Assembly: GCA_035559535.1 (NCBI GenBank)
Contig: DATMBG010000058.1
Coordinates: 186,001 to 250,000, forward strand
Direction: 5' to 3'
Source: Candidatus Limnocylindrales bacterium
Lineage (GTDB): Bacteria > Moduliflexota > Moduliflexia > Moduliflexales > JAUQPW01
Length of the DNA stretch: 64,000 bases
Both the position numbers and the translations under genes were made by a program. The notes under the pieces are model-generated. The model was given only the letters and a program-made list of their open reading frames with translations, was not told where the DNA came from and made no database searches. Below are positions 1-8,918 of this stretch, piece by piece. Each line of letters opens with the position of its first letter. Position 1 is the first letter of the stretch.

Positions 1-108
1 AACCCAGCCGGTTAAACCTAAACTCCGGGCTTTGTGGAGGGCACTGGCCCGATAACCAACACCCTGAACGTATCCTTCAATATAAAGATGTACCCGAGCT
101 TTGGACAT
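1..108 (-). CDS. acyP: Acylphosphatase, N-terminal 36 aa (runs off the window edge)
   Basis: Manual translation from ATG at 108: [36 protein letters not shown], with the GxVQGVGxR signature and GLxGWV. Not in the ORF track. Confidence 0.9.
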   Translation of the reverse strand, partial: MSKARVHLYIEGYVQGVGYRASALHKARSLGLTGWV

Positions 109-201
109 AGTATAGATGTCTGAGAATAGGAGGAAATAAAGGTAGGAAAGCAGAGAGGTTCTCACGCTTTATTTTCATACTTCCATGCCTTCCTGCTCTT
201 A

Positions 202-1236
202 TTATATCCCGATGTACCTGGCATAAAGTCCTTTTGCGACGAGCGGGTCTTTGACCCCTTTGATAATGCTTCGGCCATCAGGAAATAGGGTCATTTCGAA
301 TCCGTTAACTTTAAATTTGAGGATGTAAGCATTATAGCTGACCTCACCCAGAGATTGAAGTTTTTGAGCCAGACTTTCAAACTGAATCTGTACAGGGGTT
401 TTATGGCTAATTTGTACCGCATCACGACCGCAGAGAACCGTCATATAGGAACCTTCTTTTCCTTCCAGGAATTCAAAGTTACCTTGCTTACAGGTGGGAC
501 AGTTGGCGGCTTCCCTTGAATGAGAAATGTCGACCTTTGTAAAACTCCCCTCCCAGATATCAACCATGACGATTTCTTTCCGTAAGGCTTTCCAGTTTTG
601 GGTTAGAATTTTTAACCCTTCCGTAACCTGAATCGAAGCAATGACATTTACAATCGGTGCAATAACTCCGGCTGTATCACACGTCGGGGTAGCTCCTGCC
701 GGGGGAGCTGTTTCCAGCACACAACGCAGACAAGGAGTCTCATAGGGAATAATCGTCATGGAAAGACCATAACTACTTACACAAGCTCCATAAATCCAGG
801 GAATTTTATGCTTTACACAGGCATCGTTGATCAGGTAGCGGGTTTCGAAGTTATCGGTCCCATCCATAACCAGGTCCGCACCTTCCAGGATACTTTCGAT
901 ATTTGTGGGGTTAACGTCGGTTACCAGAGACTCGATTTGGATATGGGAGTTGATTTTCTCCAGTTTTCTTTGAGCAGCCACAGCTTTAGGAAGATTTTCT
1001 CGAACATCTTCTTCATCAAACAGAATTTGACGTTGGAGATTATTCTCTTCCACAAAATCCCGATCTACAATTTTTAGCCTTCCCACTCCGGCCCTGGCCA
1101 GGGAACTGGCTATAACCGTTCCTAAAGCACCGCAGCCGATGACGACCGCATAACTCTTCAGGAGCTTTCGCTGACCTTCTTCTCCGATTCCCGGGAAGAA
1201 GATCTGGCGAGAGTATCTTTCTAAATTTTTATCCAT
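202..1236 (-). CDS. ThiF/MoeB-family adenylyltransferase (E1-like)
   Basis: RYSRQ, GCGALG, DRDFVEENNLQRQ, two CxxC Zn motifs, C-terminal LCGRDAVQI domain. Confidence 0.93.
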   Translation of the reverse strand: MDKNLERYSRQIFFPGIGEEGQRKLLKSYAVVIGCGALGTVIASSLARAGVGRLKIVDRDFVEENNLQRQILFDEEDVRENLPKAVAAQRKLEKINSHIQIESLVTDVNPTNIESILEGADLVMDGTDNFETRYLINDACVKHKIPWIYGACVSSYGLSMTIIPYETPCLRCVLETAPPAGATPTCDTAGVIAPIVNVIASIQVTEGLKILTQNWKALRKEIVMVDIWEGSFTKVDISHSREAANCPTCKQGNFEFLEGKEGSYMTVLCGRDAVQISHKTPVQIQFESLAQKLQSLGEVSYNAYILKFKVNGFEMTLFPDGRSIIKGVKDPLVAKGLYARYIGI

Positions 1237-1253
1237 AAATTTGTTAACTTTAT

Positions 1254-1775
1254 TTACAATTTCTTAGGTTCTTCCTTTTTGGCACGCTTTTTAAGCTTTC
1301 TTTTAATGAGATCTTGTTTAAGACGGCTGAGCCGATCTATAAACAAAATACCGTTCAAATGATCGATTTCATGTTGGATGACCCGGGCCAGGAAAGTATC
1401 GGTGGTAAAGCTAACCGGCTTTCCATTTTCATCTAAGGCTTCTACGGAGATTTTTTTAGCCCGGACGACTTCACCGGATATTTCGGGAATGCTTAAACAT
1501 CCCTCCTCATCGGAAGTCGAACCCTCTGAGTGGGTTATAACCGGGTTAATGAGCTTCATCAACTTTGCCCCTTCATCCTTTGGGCTGGCATCCACCACAA
1601 TAACCCGAAGCGAGACTCCGACTTGAGGAGCGGCTAAACCAACTCCCGGCGCCGCATACATGGTTTCAACCATATCATCCAACAGACGCCGAATAGAATC
1701 ATCGATTTGTTCAACAGGTTTGGCTTTTTGTTTCAAAATAGGATCTGGATATTCTTTAATCTCTAAGATGGCCAT
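1254..1775 (-). CDS. def: Peptide deformylase
   Basis: GVGLAAPQVG, EGCLS and QHEIDHLNG motifs. Confidence 0.97.
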   Translation of the reverse strand: MAILEIKEYPDPILKQKAKPVEQIDDSIRRLLDDMVETMYAAPGVGLAAPQVGVSLRVIVVDASPKDEGAKLMKLINPVITHSEGSTSDEEGCLSIPEISGEVVRAKKISVEALDENGKPVSFTTDTFLARVIQHEIDHLNGILFIDRLSRLKQDLIKRKLKKRAKKEEPKKL

Positions 1776-1851
1776 TTTTATTGATTCAGATCTGATCAGG
1801 TAAAACGAAGTGTTATAGGGGTTTTATTTTAAAACGGAATAGCACTTCGCT

Positions 1852-2913
1852 TTACGTACCTGAACTTTCAAAACCAACTCCGGTTACGGTTACTTTACCG
1901 TATTTTCCTTTTTCTTCCTGAATTTGAAACTGAACCGGAAGAAATTTTTGGATGACCGCGACATTGGTAAAAAGATGTTGGGTTAGACGAGAAGTTGTAA
2001 ATGCTGAGGTACCTTCTGCCAGAGCCATAAATAAAAGAACCTGATCGGCCAGGTGTTCATCTAGACATCCTTGCGTCTCATAATAATTTTTAAAAGCTTC
2101 ATAAACTTCATCTACCATCTTCTCGGCAGGTTTTCCCAAAGCCCCCAGTGAAGAAAAACCTGCACACCCTCCCTCAAACTCGGCCAATAAAAAAACTGCA
2201 CATCCTTTACCCAAACTGGGAACATGTTGCATTTCGATTTCAGGTTCTAAATCCAGGGTTTGAAACTTTTCTTGAAATCGCTTCTTTTGCCTTTCCAAGA
2301 TGGAAGAGGGAAGATTGGATAAAATTAGAGATCCTCGAAGCCGTTTCAGGTTCCCTCTTGAGAGGCGTTGAAAACTTTTTAACTTTTTTACCGGCTTAAT
2401 CTCCCCGGTAACCACCCCGCCGCCAATAGGGTACCAACCCCATCGGTTAATCTGGAAGGTGGCCTGACTACCCATCTGGGCCAGAGTCGGCAAAAATACT
2501 TCCTGAAAATAGTCAAAGGGAGGACTCCATTCGACGTGGGTTCCTCCTTTCAGAATTAGTTTAGCCCCTATAGGAGAAAAAAGCAAGGGTGGATAGATTG
2601 TCTGGAGGAGAAGCGTTATGGAACCTGCACTGGAAGTCTCCTCAGCCACATCAAAGGTATAGCTCCCCCCTTGAATCTCTCCTGGAATAAATTGGAGTCT
2701 CTGGGACTTTAACTCGGCTCCGGTTACAGAGGCCTTTGTAAAAGCTGCGGTAGCTTTTACTCCCGCTAGGTGTTGGGCTTTTAATCCCGGTGGCTTTCGA
2801 TTGGCCCGGATATTTATGATCTCAAAGGGTTTTTTCAATAGGGCCGACAAAGCCAGGGAGGTTCGTAAGATCTGTCCACCCCCTTCACCCTGGGAACCAT
2901 CGATCTGGATCAT
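1852..2913 (-). CDS. rtcA: RNA 3'-terminal phosphate cyclase
   Basis: DGSQGEGGGQILR, GWYPIGGG, DEHLADQ, TQHLFTN (adenylated His). Confidence 0.95.
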   Translation of the reverse strand: MIQIDGSQGEGGGQILRTSLALSALLKKPFEIINIRANRKPPGLKAQHLAGVKATAAFTKASVTGAELKSQRLQFIPGEIQGGSYTFDVAEETSSAGSITLLLQTIYPPLLFSPIGAKLILKGGTHVEWSPPFDYFQEVFLPTLAQMGSQATFQINRWGWYPIGGGVVTGEIKPVKKLKSFQRLSRGNLKRLRGSLILSNLPSSILERQKKRFQEKFQTLDLEPEIEMQHVPSLGKGCAVFLLAEFEGGCAGFSSLGALGKPAEKMVDEVYEAFKNYYETQGCLDEHLADQVLLFMALAEGTSAFTTSRLTQHLFTNVAVIQKFLPVQFQIQEEKGKYGKVTVTGVGFESSGT

Positions 2914-2995
2914 GGGTTAGGAAGTATGGGGAGAGGATATGGGAGCTTGCAAGGACTTTTCATACTTTCCTATTCTCCTATCCTTCCCCTACTTC

Positions 2996-4072
2996 TTAAA
3001 CTTGATATTTCCGAAAGAGCTGGCCCCACTCGGTTTTCATAAAATGGTTAATTCGTCTTTTACCGATAGTCGGATACCAGAGAAAATCATGATAAATATT
3101 AGAGGCTATAGGGGCCCAAACCCAAAGAGGGGAGTGCAGGGCAATCTTTTTAAGGAACCGGAGTCCTCCCCTTCGAAGCATTTGATCCCCCCAGATAACC
3201 AGACTGCGACGGGTTTGAAAACCGAAATTAACCTGGGAGATATCTTCTCCTATCACCTGAATTTCCCGAGGATCTCCCACTCCTAAGCCTCGCTCATGGC
3301 ACATTTGAATATAAGGGATGGACAAAGGATTAAATCCCATCATTTTTGCAGCCACTGCATCGATGGCCACCGAGTCACTACCAGCCAGGATATAATTTTT
3401 AATTTTTGGGATCATGGTTCGGGGCCCTGCACCATCTCCACAAACGGTTCCGTCCATAACGGTAAAAATTCCAGGATGGAGTTCCTGCTGCATGATCAGA
3501 AGATCTACCATGACTTCGTGGATGAACTCATGGGCGTAATGGCGGACTTCCTTCAAAAGCCCTCCAAACGCATTTTTGATAGATCCTGTAGTTATGGTAT
3601 GCCCATGGGTTTTCAGGGTAGGTAGATGAAGAATACTTTTTCCAGGAAACATTTTGGGAATCAGAATACCCTCCGGAAAAATCTGGGGAAGCCTGAGGAG
3701 TTTACTTTTAAACGGGTAAATAACCCATTCTACTTCCGGCAAGGGAATAAACGGAAGTCCATATCGGCTTAAAATAGGCAACCATAGATTATTTTGCGCT
3801 CCCTGTCGAGGATTCGTAACTACCGTTTTGTTTTCTACCGGATGGAGTTTTTCTCGCTCATATCCGTCCTGTAAAAGGGTTTTAATGACCCCTTCAACTT
3901 GCCAGGGCTCCGAAGAGCAGGCCGGGAAGTATTTCGTCCAGGATAAATTCAATTTGATAAGAAGATCCTTATTTTTTGGTAAAGCTTTTTCATATTCGGC
4001 CAGTCGCATGAGCCGACCGTAATCCTCTAAAACGGTTTCAGGTCTGGTTTTAAGTACCACTACTTTACTCAT
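2996..4072 (-). CDS. DUF362-domain protein
   Basis: IKLNLSW, LPTLKTHGH..TGSIKNAFG, DGTVCGDGAGP, DSVAIDA pattern typical of DUF362. Confidence 0.8.
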   Translation of the reverse strand: MSKVVVLKTRPETVLEDYGRLMRLAEYEKALPKNKDLLIKLNLSWTKYFPACSSEPWQVEGVIKTLLQDGYEREKLHPVENKTVVTNPRQGAQNNLWLPILSRYGLPFIPLPEVEWVIYPFKSKLLRLPQIFPEGILIPKMFPGKSILHLPTLKTHGHTITTGSIKNAFGGLLKEVRHYAHEFIHEVMVDLLIMQQELHPGIFTVMDGTVCGDGAGPRTMIPKIKNYILAGSDSVAIDAVAAKMMGFNPLSIPYIQMCHERGLGVGDPREIQVIGEDISQVNFGFQTRRSLVIWGDQMLRRGGLRFLKKIALHSPLWVWAPIASNIYHDFLWYPTIGKRRINHFMKTEWGQLFRKYQV

Positions 4073-4198
4073 AGTTCTGGATCAGGCGTCAGGAATCAGA
4101 AGCCGGGTTAAAAACATCCCTTATCTGGTTTATTTACCCCCTGGGTGATGATTTTTCAATTTCCCTCTGATTTCGGGCTTCTACTCTCTGCTTCCTGT

Positions 4199-5365
4199 TC
4201 ATAAAATCTTTTTGATGGATCGAACGGCCTGGTGAATTCGTTTTTCATTTTCAACCAGGGCAAATCTTACATATTCATCTCCGTACTGGCCGAATCCAAT
4301 CCCTGGAGAGACGGCCACTTTTGCTTCTTTGATCAGAAATTTTGCAAATTCCAGGGATCCTAAATGGATAAATTTAGGTGGAATTTTAGCCCAAACAAAC
4401 ATGGTCCCTTTGGGTTTTTCGATCGCCCAACCCGCCTTGTTCAATCCCTCTACCAGTACATCTCTGCGGTTTTTGTAAGTACGCACGATTTCTTCAACAC
4501 AATCTTGAGGCCCGTTAAGGGCAATAATACTGGCAATTTGAATGGGTTGAAATACTCCATAATCCAGGTAGCTTTTAATACGTTTCAAAACTTGAATAAT
4601 CTCCGAATTACCCACAGCAAAGCCAACCCGCCATCCCGCCATGCTATAGCTTTTAGAAAGAGAGAAAAATTCAACCCCTACCTCCTTCGCTCCCCGGACC
4701 TCCATCAGACTCGGAGCTCTATACCCGTCAAAGACAAGATCTGCATAGGCGAAATCATGGATCACAATAATATCATGGGCTTTGGCAAATTCTACTAACT
4801 CCTCAAAGAAAGGCCGCTCAACCGTGACGGTGGTCGGGTTATGGGGGAAACTCACGATAATAAGCTTCGGAAGGGGCCATGTCTGCTTGGTGGCCTCTAA
4901 AAGATTCTCCATAAAATCACTCCCCGAGGTCAAAGGGATACTCCTTAAATCTCCACCTGCAATGATAACGCTATAGGCGTGAATGGGATAGGTGGGCGTG
5001 GGGGCAAAAGCAACGTCTCCACGTCCCATCAAGGCAAGAACCAAATGGGAAAGTCCTTCCTTAACCCCAATGGTTGTAACGACCTCCGTATCGGGATCAA
5101 GTTCGACTTGATACCGTCGAGCATACCAGTCCGCAATGGCTTTTCTTAAATTGGGAATTCCGGCTGAAGCAGAATACCTATGATTTTTAGGATTGTAGGC
5201 TGCCTCACAAAGTTTGTCTACAATATGTTTAGGGGTCGGTAAATCGGGATTACCCATTCCCAGGTCTACAATATCCTCACCCTGCCGTCTGGCTTCCATT
5301 TTTAACTCATTTACAATGCTAAAAACATAGGGGGGTAATCGTTTAATACGAGCAAATTTTTCCAT
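4199..5365 (-). CDS. Class I/II PLP aminotransferase (AlaC/LL-DAP-aminotransferase-like)
   Basis: [39 protein letters not shown]. Start set to ATG 5365, after SD AGGAGG. Confidence 0.9.
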   Translation of the reverse strand: MEKFARIKRLPPYVFSIVNELKMEARRQGEDIVDLGMGNPDLPTPKHIVDKLCEAAYNPKNHRYSASAGIPNLRKAIADWYARRYQVELDPDTEVVTTIGVKEGLSHLVLALMGRGDVAFAPTPTYPIHAYSVIIAGGDLRSIPLTSGSDFMENLLEATKQTWPLPKLIIVSFPHNPTTVTVERPFFEELVEFAKAHDIIVIHDFAYADLVFDGYRAPSLMEVRGAKEVGVEFFSLSKSYSMAGWRVGFAVGNSEIIQVLKRIKSYLDYGVFQPIQIASIIALNGPQDCVEEIVRTYKNRRDVLVEGLNKAGWAIEKPKGTMFVWAKIPPKFIHLGSLEFAKFLIKEAKVAVSPGIGFGQYGDEYVRFALVENEKRIHQAVRSIKKIL

Positions 5366-5624
5366 AAAGCCTCCTCTCAACGAACTGCTCATCGCTTACA
5401 CGTAGGGTACATATATCATGATACTAAATAGCAGATCCCTTCTATTCTGTCAAGAAAGTCCTTCTCAGACAAGATCGAATGGATTTAGCAAACGAGTTTT
5501 TGAATGGTTAAACTTTTACGGATTTGAATTATCTATTTTATAAGGTTAATTCTGTGTAATTCCCTGTCCTCATCCCCCAACTCCCTCTCCCACGCTGGGG
5601 AAAGGGGGGCGAAGATATACGTAC

Positions 5625-5850
5625 CAGAATAAGAAGGTTACCCAGCGGGGCAACCTAGGGGTAGCCCCTGGCTTACGCCAGGAGAAATGGGATAAAACCA
5701 TCCTCTAAGCCCCGTTAGGGGCAACTTGTTTAACAGGACGCAATTAGGGAGCTTAAAAAATTCTGAATTTATGAATCCCCAACTTACATCGGGGGCTACC
5801 AACCGTTCGCCCCTAACAAGTCTTTTCAGCTTAACCCGGCATGTATAGGG
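5625..5850. repeat. REP/MITE-like composite repeat, copy 1 (AGCCCC..GGGG family)
   Basis: Its reverse complement aligns with 29381-29530 (ggttaagctgaaaag..ttggtagcccccga..aaattcagaatttttt..gttaaaca). The left part, ccagaataagaaggtta, recurs at 45841. Confidence 0.8.
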
Positions 5851-6144
5851 GCTTGAGGTGAGGGCAAATGACCCTTTCAAATTTAAGTACCTAGTGTGCT
5901 CTGGTTAAGGGGTAAAAGGGATGTAGGTGCGGTTTCTATCCTCTGATTTTGAATGATATATTTTCAACCAGATTTGGTATCTTTGCAGGATCTCTTCGGA
6001 TGAAGGGTTGTTACCTGTAAGTGATCAAACCATGAAGATAAAAACGTCTAAAACCTGGACGACGGAAGACTGGTAAAAGCTCACTCTGGTTGATGGATCA
6101 GTCCTATTCTTTGTGAATGCGGAATGATGGGGATAAAGACGGTC

Positions 6145-6161
6145 TTGGCATCAAGGTTGCT
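6145..6161 (+). promoter_or_regulatory. Sigma54 (-24/-12) promoter
   Basis: TTGGCATCAAGGTTGCT has exact GG-N10-GC spacing and points toward the histidine kinase gene. Confidence 0.7.
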
Positions 6162-6417
6162 AAAAGGTTTGAACGCTTAAAACAGGGGCTTCTAGCTCTG
6201 AAATAACTAAGTAATCCAGTTTAATATAAATCAGTTCCGGTCCATTGTTTGCTTAGTTTTGACAAATAACTCTACGCCATTCATAAGCCCTTAGAAGGGT
6301 AAATAATAATAAAGAGATACCTACATTCCGCCCATGGGAAGGATAGAGTAAAAGTCTTTATTAAATAAACAATGCACGAAATTCTTATGAAGAATTGATA
6401 TGACGGAAAATTAAAAT

Positions 6418-7554
6418 ATGTCCAGTGATAAAATTGCCCTGATCGATGAGCTCAAAAGATATGTAACCGGTTTAGAAGAGATAAACAAGGATTTGAAGTC
6501 TCTGGTGACCTCTATGATCCCCGGAGCTCTTCTGGTTGACAACCGGGAAACCATTAAAATCATGAACCCTTCGGCCAAAAAGATATTGGGATTACCGGTA
6601 GATACTGAATTTGTGGAGGGTTCTTTTTTAAAGAATACTCTAGGATTTAGTCCCATAGGATTACTTATAGAAAGTAAAAAGGAGATTGTCAAAAAGGAGA
6701 TACAGATCTCTGAAAGAATCTATCAGACTGTTATATCTGCTGTTCGGGATGAATCTCAAGCTCTGTTGGGAGCTGCAGTTGTTATTTTAGATATAACCGA
6801 AGAGAAAAAGCTTCAGGAACGAGAAGCGGATTTCCTGGCTATGATTGTTCACGATCTTAAATCTCCGATGACGGTTATTAAAGGAGGTACCGAGGCCATT
6901 TTGGGTGAGGTAACAGGAAGTATTACCGAGGAACAAAAGGCAGTACTTTTCGATATCCAAGGTGCAAGCGAATGGGCCATTGAGTTGATCAACAATTTCC
7001 TTGAACTATCTCAATTGGAATTTCGACAGATGAAGTTAGAATTACGAGGGGTCAATATCTGTGAGCTTATTTTGAAAGCCCTCATGGAAATTCATCTTCT
7101 TGCCCAGAGAAAGAATCTTGTACTAACCCACCATCTAGAAGAAAATCTGCCTCCCGTTCTTGGAGAAGCGGAAAAGTTAGAACGGGTTCTTGTTAATCTT
7201 CTCAACAATGCGGTTAAGTTTACACCGGAACAGGGTCAGATTGAAGTAAGGGCCCGGTTAATTGAATGGCCCGCAGAACAGGAGGAACTTAAAAAAAGGA
7301 GAATGATCCAGGTAGACATCCGTGATACAGGTCCGGGGGTTGCTGTAGAAGACCGGGAGCTCATCTTTGAGAAATATCAACAGGCTAAAATAGGAAGATC
7401 CCCGGAGTATAAGGGAACTGGATTGGGTTTGGCCATTTGTAAAATGATCATAGAGGCCCATAACGGCAAAATTTGGGTCCATGGCGAGCCGGGAAGAGGA
7501 AGCACTTTTAGTTTTACAGTACCCGTGGCAGAACAGAACCCCTCTGATCCATAA
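6418..7554 (+). CDS. Cytoplasmic PAS-domain sensor histidine kinase
   Basis: H-box VHDLKSPM, N-box [11 protein letters not shown]1 DTGPG, G2 GTGLGLAIC; no TM segment. Confidence 0.93.
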   Translation: MSSDKIALIDELKRYVTGLEEINKDLKSLVTSMIPGALLVDNRETIKIMNPSAKKILGLPVDTEFVEGSFLKNTLGFSPIGLLIESKKEIVKKEIQISERIYQTVISAVRDESQALLGAAVVILDITEEKKLQEREADFLAMIVHDLKSPMTVIKGGTEAILGEVTGSITEEQKAVLFDIQGASEWAIELINNFLELSQLEFRQMKLELRGVNICELILKALMEIHLLAQRKNLVLTHHLEENLPPVLGEAEKLERVLVNLLNNAVKFTPEQGQIEVRARLIEWPAEQEELKKRRMIQVDIRDTGPGVAVEDRELIFEKYQQAKIGRSPEYKGTGLGLAICKMIIEAHNGKIWVHGEPGRGSTFSFTVPVAEQNPSDP

Positions 7555-7619
7555 AAATTTAATTCTTATCTCCTCACTTTACATTTGTTCACCTTACCGT
7601 TTATATTAATTATAAAGAC

Positions 7620-7703
7620 CCATTCACCGTGAGAATTTTCCTGAAGGGAAAGGCCGATTCTAGGGGATTGATCTCTAACCGTCCTCTTCCTACACGGGAA
7701 TGG
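7620..7703 (+). other. Candidate structured RNA upstream of iscS
   Basis: CCATTC(A)CCGTG pairs with CACGGGAATGG and encloses further hairpins. Confidence 0.35.
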
Positions 7704-7759
7704 TATAACAACAATAAACGATGAATTTCCTTAGCTCATTGTTCCTGGTTGAGGGTCCT

Positions 7760-8911
7760 ATGCAAGTTTATCTGGATCATAATGCAACCACTCCCGTAGA
7801 TCCTCAGGTTTTGGAGGCCATGCTTCCGTATTATCGAGGTAAGTATGGCAATGCTTCCACCCTTTATGCCTTGGGAAGAGAGGCCAGAGTTGCCGTAGAT
7901 GATGCCCGGGAGCGGGTCGCGGAGTTAATCCATGCCCAGCCTGCTGAGATTTATTTTACCAGTGGTGGAACCGAATCGGATAATACCGCTTTAAAAGGTG
8001 TTGCTTTTGCCAATCGGGAACGAGGAAATCATATTATTACTTCCCAGATTGAGCATTCTGCAGTTTTGGATACCTGCCGTTATCTGGAGAAACAGGGGTT
8101 TGAGGTGACTTACCTACCCGTAGATCGATTTGGAAAAGTTCATCCCCAACAGGTGTTAGAGGCCCTCACGGACCGGACTATTCTGATTTCCATCATGCAT
8201 GCCAACAACGAGATCGGAACCATCCAACCCATCGAGGAAATTGGGACCATAGCTTGGGAACGAGGGATTTATTTTCACACCGACACGGTTCAAACGTTTG
8301 GAAAACTACCCATCGATGTAAAACGGATGAAAATCGATTTGCTATCGATTTCGGCTCATAAGATTTATGGACCTAAAGGGATTGGGGCTTTGTATATTCG
8401 GAAAGGGGTGAATATAGATCCACTTTTGCATGGAGGTGAACAGGAACGCAAGCGGCGGGCAGGAACCGAAAATGTTCCGGCCATTGTAGGATTCGGGAAG
8501 GCGGTAGAGCTGGCAAAAAAACACATGGAGGCAGAGGCTCAGCATCTCACAAAGCTGAGGAATCAACTTTTTGAAGGACTTCAATCCCGAATTGATGGAA
8601 TTACCCTCAATGGGCATCCTGTAGACCGTTTACCGGGTACCTTGAATATCTCGGTAAAGTACGTTAAAGGAGAGGCCCTTTTACTTCAACTGGATAAACA
8701 GGGAATTTATGTCTCTACGGGTTCTGCATGTGCCTCGGGATCTATAGAACCCTCCCATGTTTTGTTGGCCCTGGGTATGTCCGAACAAGAAGCCAGGAAT
8801 TCTATCCGATTTAGCTTAGGACGAGAAAACACAGAAGAAGATATTGCCTATGTATTAAATGTCTTCCCGGAGGTCGTACGAAAACTTCGAGGAATCTCTG
8901 TACTGGCCTAG
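7760..8911 (+). CDS. iscS: Group I cysteine desulfurase (IscS/NifS family)
   Basis: YLDHNATT, SAHKIYGPKG, RAGTEN, STGSACAS. Start set to ATG 7760, after GAGGG. Confidence 0.92.
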   Translation: MQVYLDHNATTPVDPQVLEAMLPYYRGKYGNASTLYALGREARVAVDDARERVAELIHAQPAEIYFTSGGTESDNTALKGVAFANRERGNHIITSQIEHSAVLDTCRYLEKQGFEVTYLPVDRFGKVHPQQVLEALTDRTILISIMHANNEIGTIQPIEEIGTIAWERGIYFHTDTVQTFGKLPIDVKRMKIDLLSISAHKIYGPKGIGALYIRKGVNIDPLLHGGEQERKRRAGTENVPAIVGFGKAVELAKKHMEAEAQHLTKLRNQLFEGLQSRIDGITLNGHPVDRLPGTLNISVKYVKGEALLLQLDKQGIYVSTGSACASGSIEPSHVLLALGMSEQEARNSIRFSLGRENTEEDIAYVLNVFPEVVRKLRGISVLA

Positions 8912-8918
8912 GGTAGTG

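Noticed and set aside
34-60. SAM-I riboswitch-like string GTGGAGGGCACTGGCCCGAT
   Set aside because: It lacks the P1 CTTATC..AGAG and GCAACC elements, and is simply the antisense of acylphosphatase codons.
6032-6076. 14-aa ORF MKIKTSKTWTTEDW as a leader peptide
   Set aside because: It has no SD or attenuator and lies upstream of the sigma54 site.
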